Source: Candidatus Bathyarchaeia archaeon
Lineage (GTDB): Archaea; Thermoproteota; Bathyarchaeia; Bathyarchaeales; Bathycorpusculaceae
Reading direction: 5' to 3'
DNA length: 64,000 bases
NCBI GenBank assembly: GCA_050010755.1
Contig: JBEKKK010000001.1
Coordinates: forward strand, 1,373,237 to 1,437,236
Shown here: in pieces, positions 63,558-64,000 of the stretch
Position numbering within the stretch: position 1 is the stretch's first letter
Layout of the letters: each line of letters opens with the position of its first letter
Notes under the pieces: model-generated
The model's database searches: none
Seen by the model: the letters and a program-made list of their open reading frames with translations, nothing else
Told to the model about the DNA's origin: nothing
Program-made: the position numbers and the translations under genes

Positions 63558-63884
63558 CTTCAGCACAGAAACGTAGTTGTTTGTTTCAACACTGCGCATA
63601 AGGATAATCTATCTTCCTTATTTTCTTTGTTTGGATTCTAGCGCGGTAACAGATGCACTTCTTCCAGTCTTTTGTATTTTTTCACAGGCGCGCGCGCTAG
63701 AAGTCCGAGAGGAACAACATGCAGCAGCGAAACAATAAAAAGTATAAAATTAACGCTAGAGAGTGGTATCTCCCGGGCTACCAACAAACTCTAGCCAGGA
63801 CGATATTCAGGTTCTCGTCTTTGCGAAATCATTTGAACCAAAAGACTGAAATTGGTTATCGGTCAAACTGTTATTGGATTAAAC

Positions 63885-64000
63885 TTGTCGTTCTCGTACA
63901 CGTTTAAGCGGCTGGTTCGTTCGTGGCCACTGTTTATAGCCCTGTTGCTGGGCATCATTTTGGCATCCACTTTTTTCGCGGGCATCAACGTCGGCGCGGA
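63885..64000 (+). CDS. N-terminus of a probable FtsX-like ABC permease (runs off the window)
   Basis: MSFSYTFKRLVRSWPLFIALLLGIILASTFFAGINVGA. Confidence 0.55.
   Translation, partial: MSFSYTFKRLVRSWPLFIALLLGIILASTFFAGINVGA

Larger units (their letters stand above)
57657..63783. mobile_element. ~6.1 kb element integrated at the tRNA-Gln 3' end, no recognisable integrase
   Basis: exact 15-bp direct repeat TCTCCCGGGCTACCA at 57657-57671 and 63769-63783. Confidence 0.8.

Overview
Archaeal chromosomal segment, most likely Bathyarchaeia or a related TACK lineage (inferred from TFB, aIF1/SUI1, single-OB SSB, archaeal HMG-CoA synthase/thiolase, DUF4364-like wHTH and dockerin-like surface proteins). 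It contains a divergent HtrA / BlaI-BlaR-like locus with three visible operators. An approximately 18 kb phosphate/polyphosphate cluster follows (pstSCAB, two phoU, ppk2, aquaporin, ppx, a CHAD-metallophosphoesterase-HD fusion, ppk1, CYTH, HAD). Further along are redox and stress genes, a 2-oxoacid:ferredoxin oxidoreductase, and a mevalonate locus where a DUF35-HMG-CoA synthase fusion follows a thiolase lacking its catalytic residues. The most notable structure is near the right end: a tRNA-Gln(UUG) interrupted by a BHB-type intron at position 10/11, whose last 15 nt recur 6.1 kb downstream. This repeat delimits a small integrated element that has no recognisable integrase and carries two wHTH backbone genes plus membrane-stress cargo. 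Also seen: a dispersed ~70 bp repeat (13-mer arrays, a palindrome and a G-string), a structured leader before queT, and a 45-aa nine-Cys micro-protein ending in Gly-Gly. All calls come from manual reading; no searches were run.
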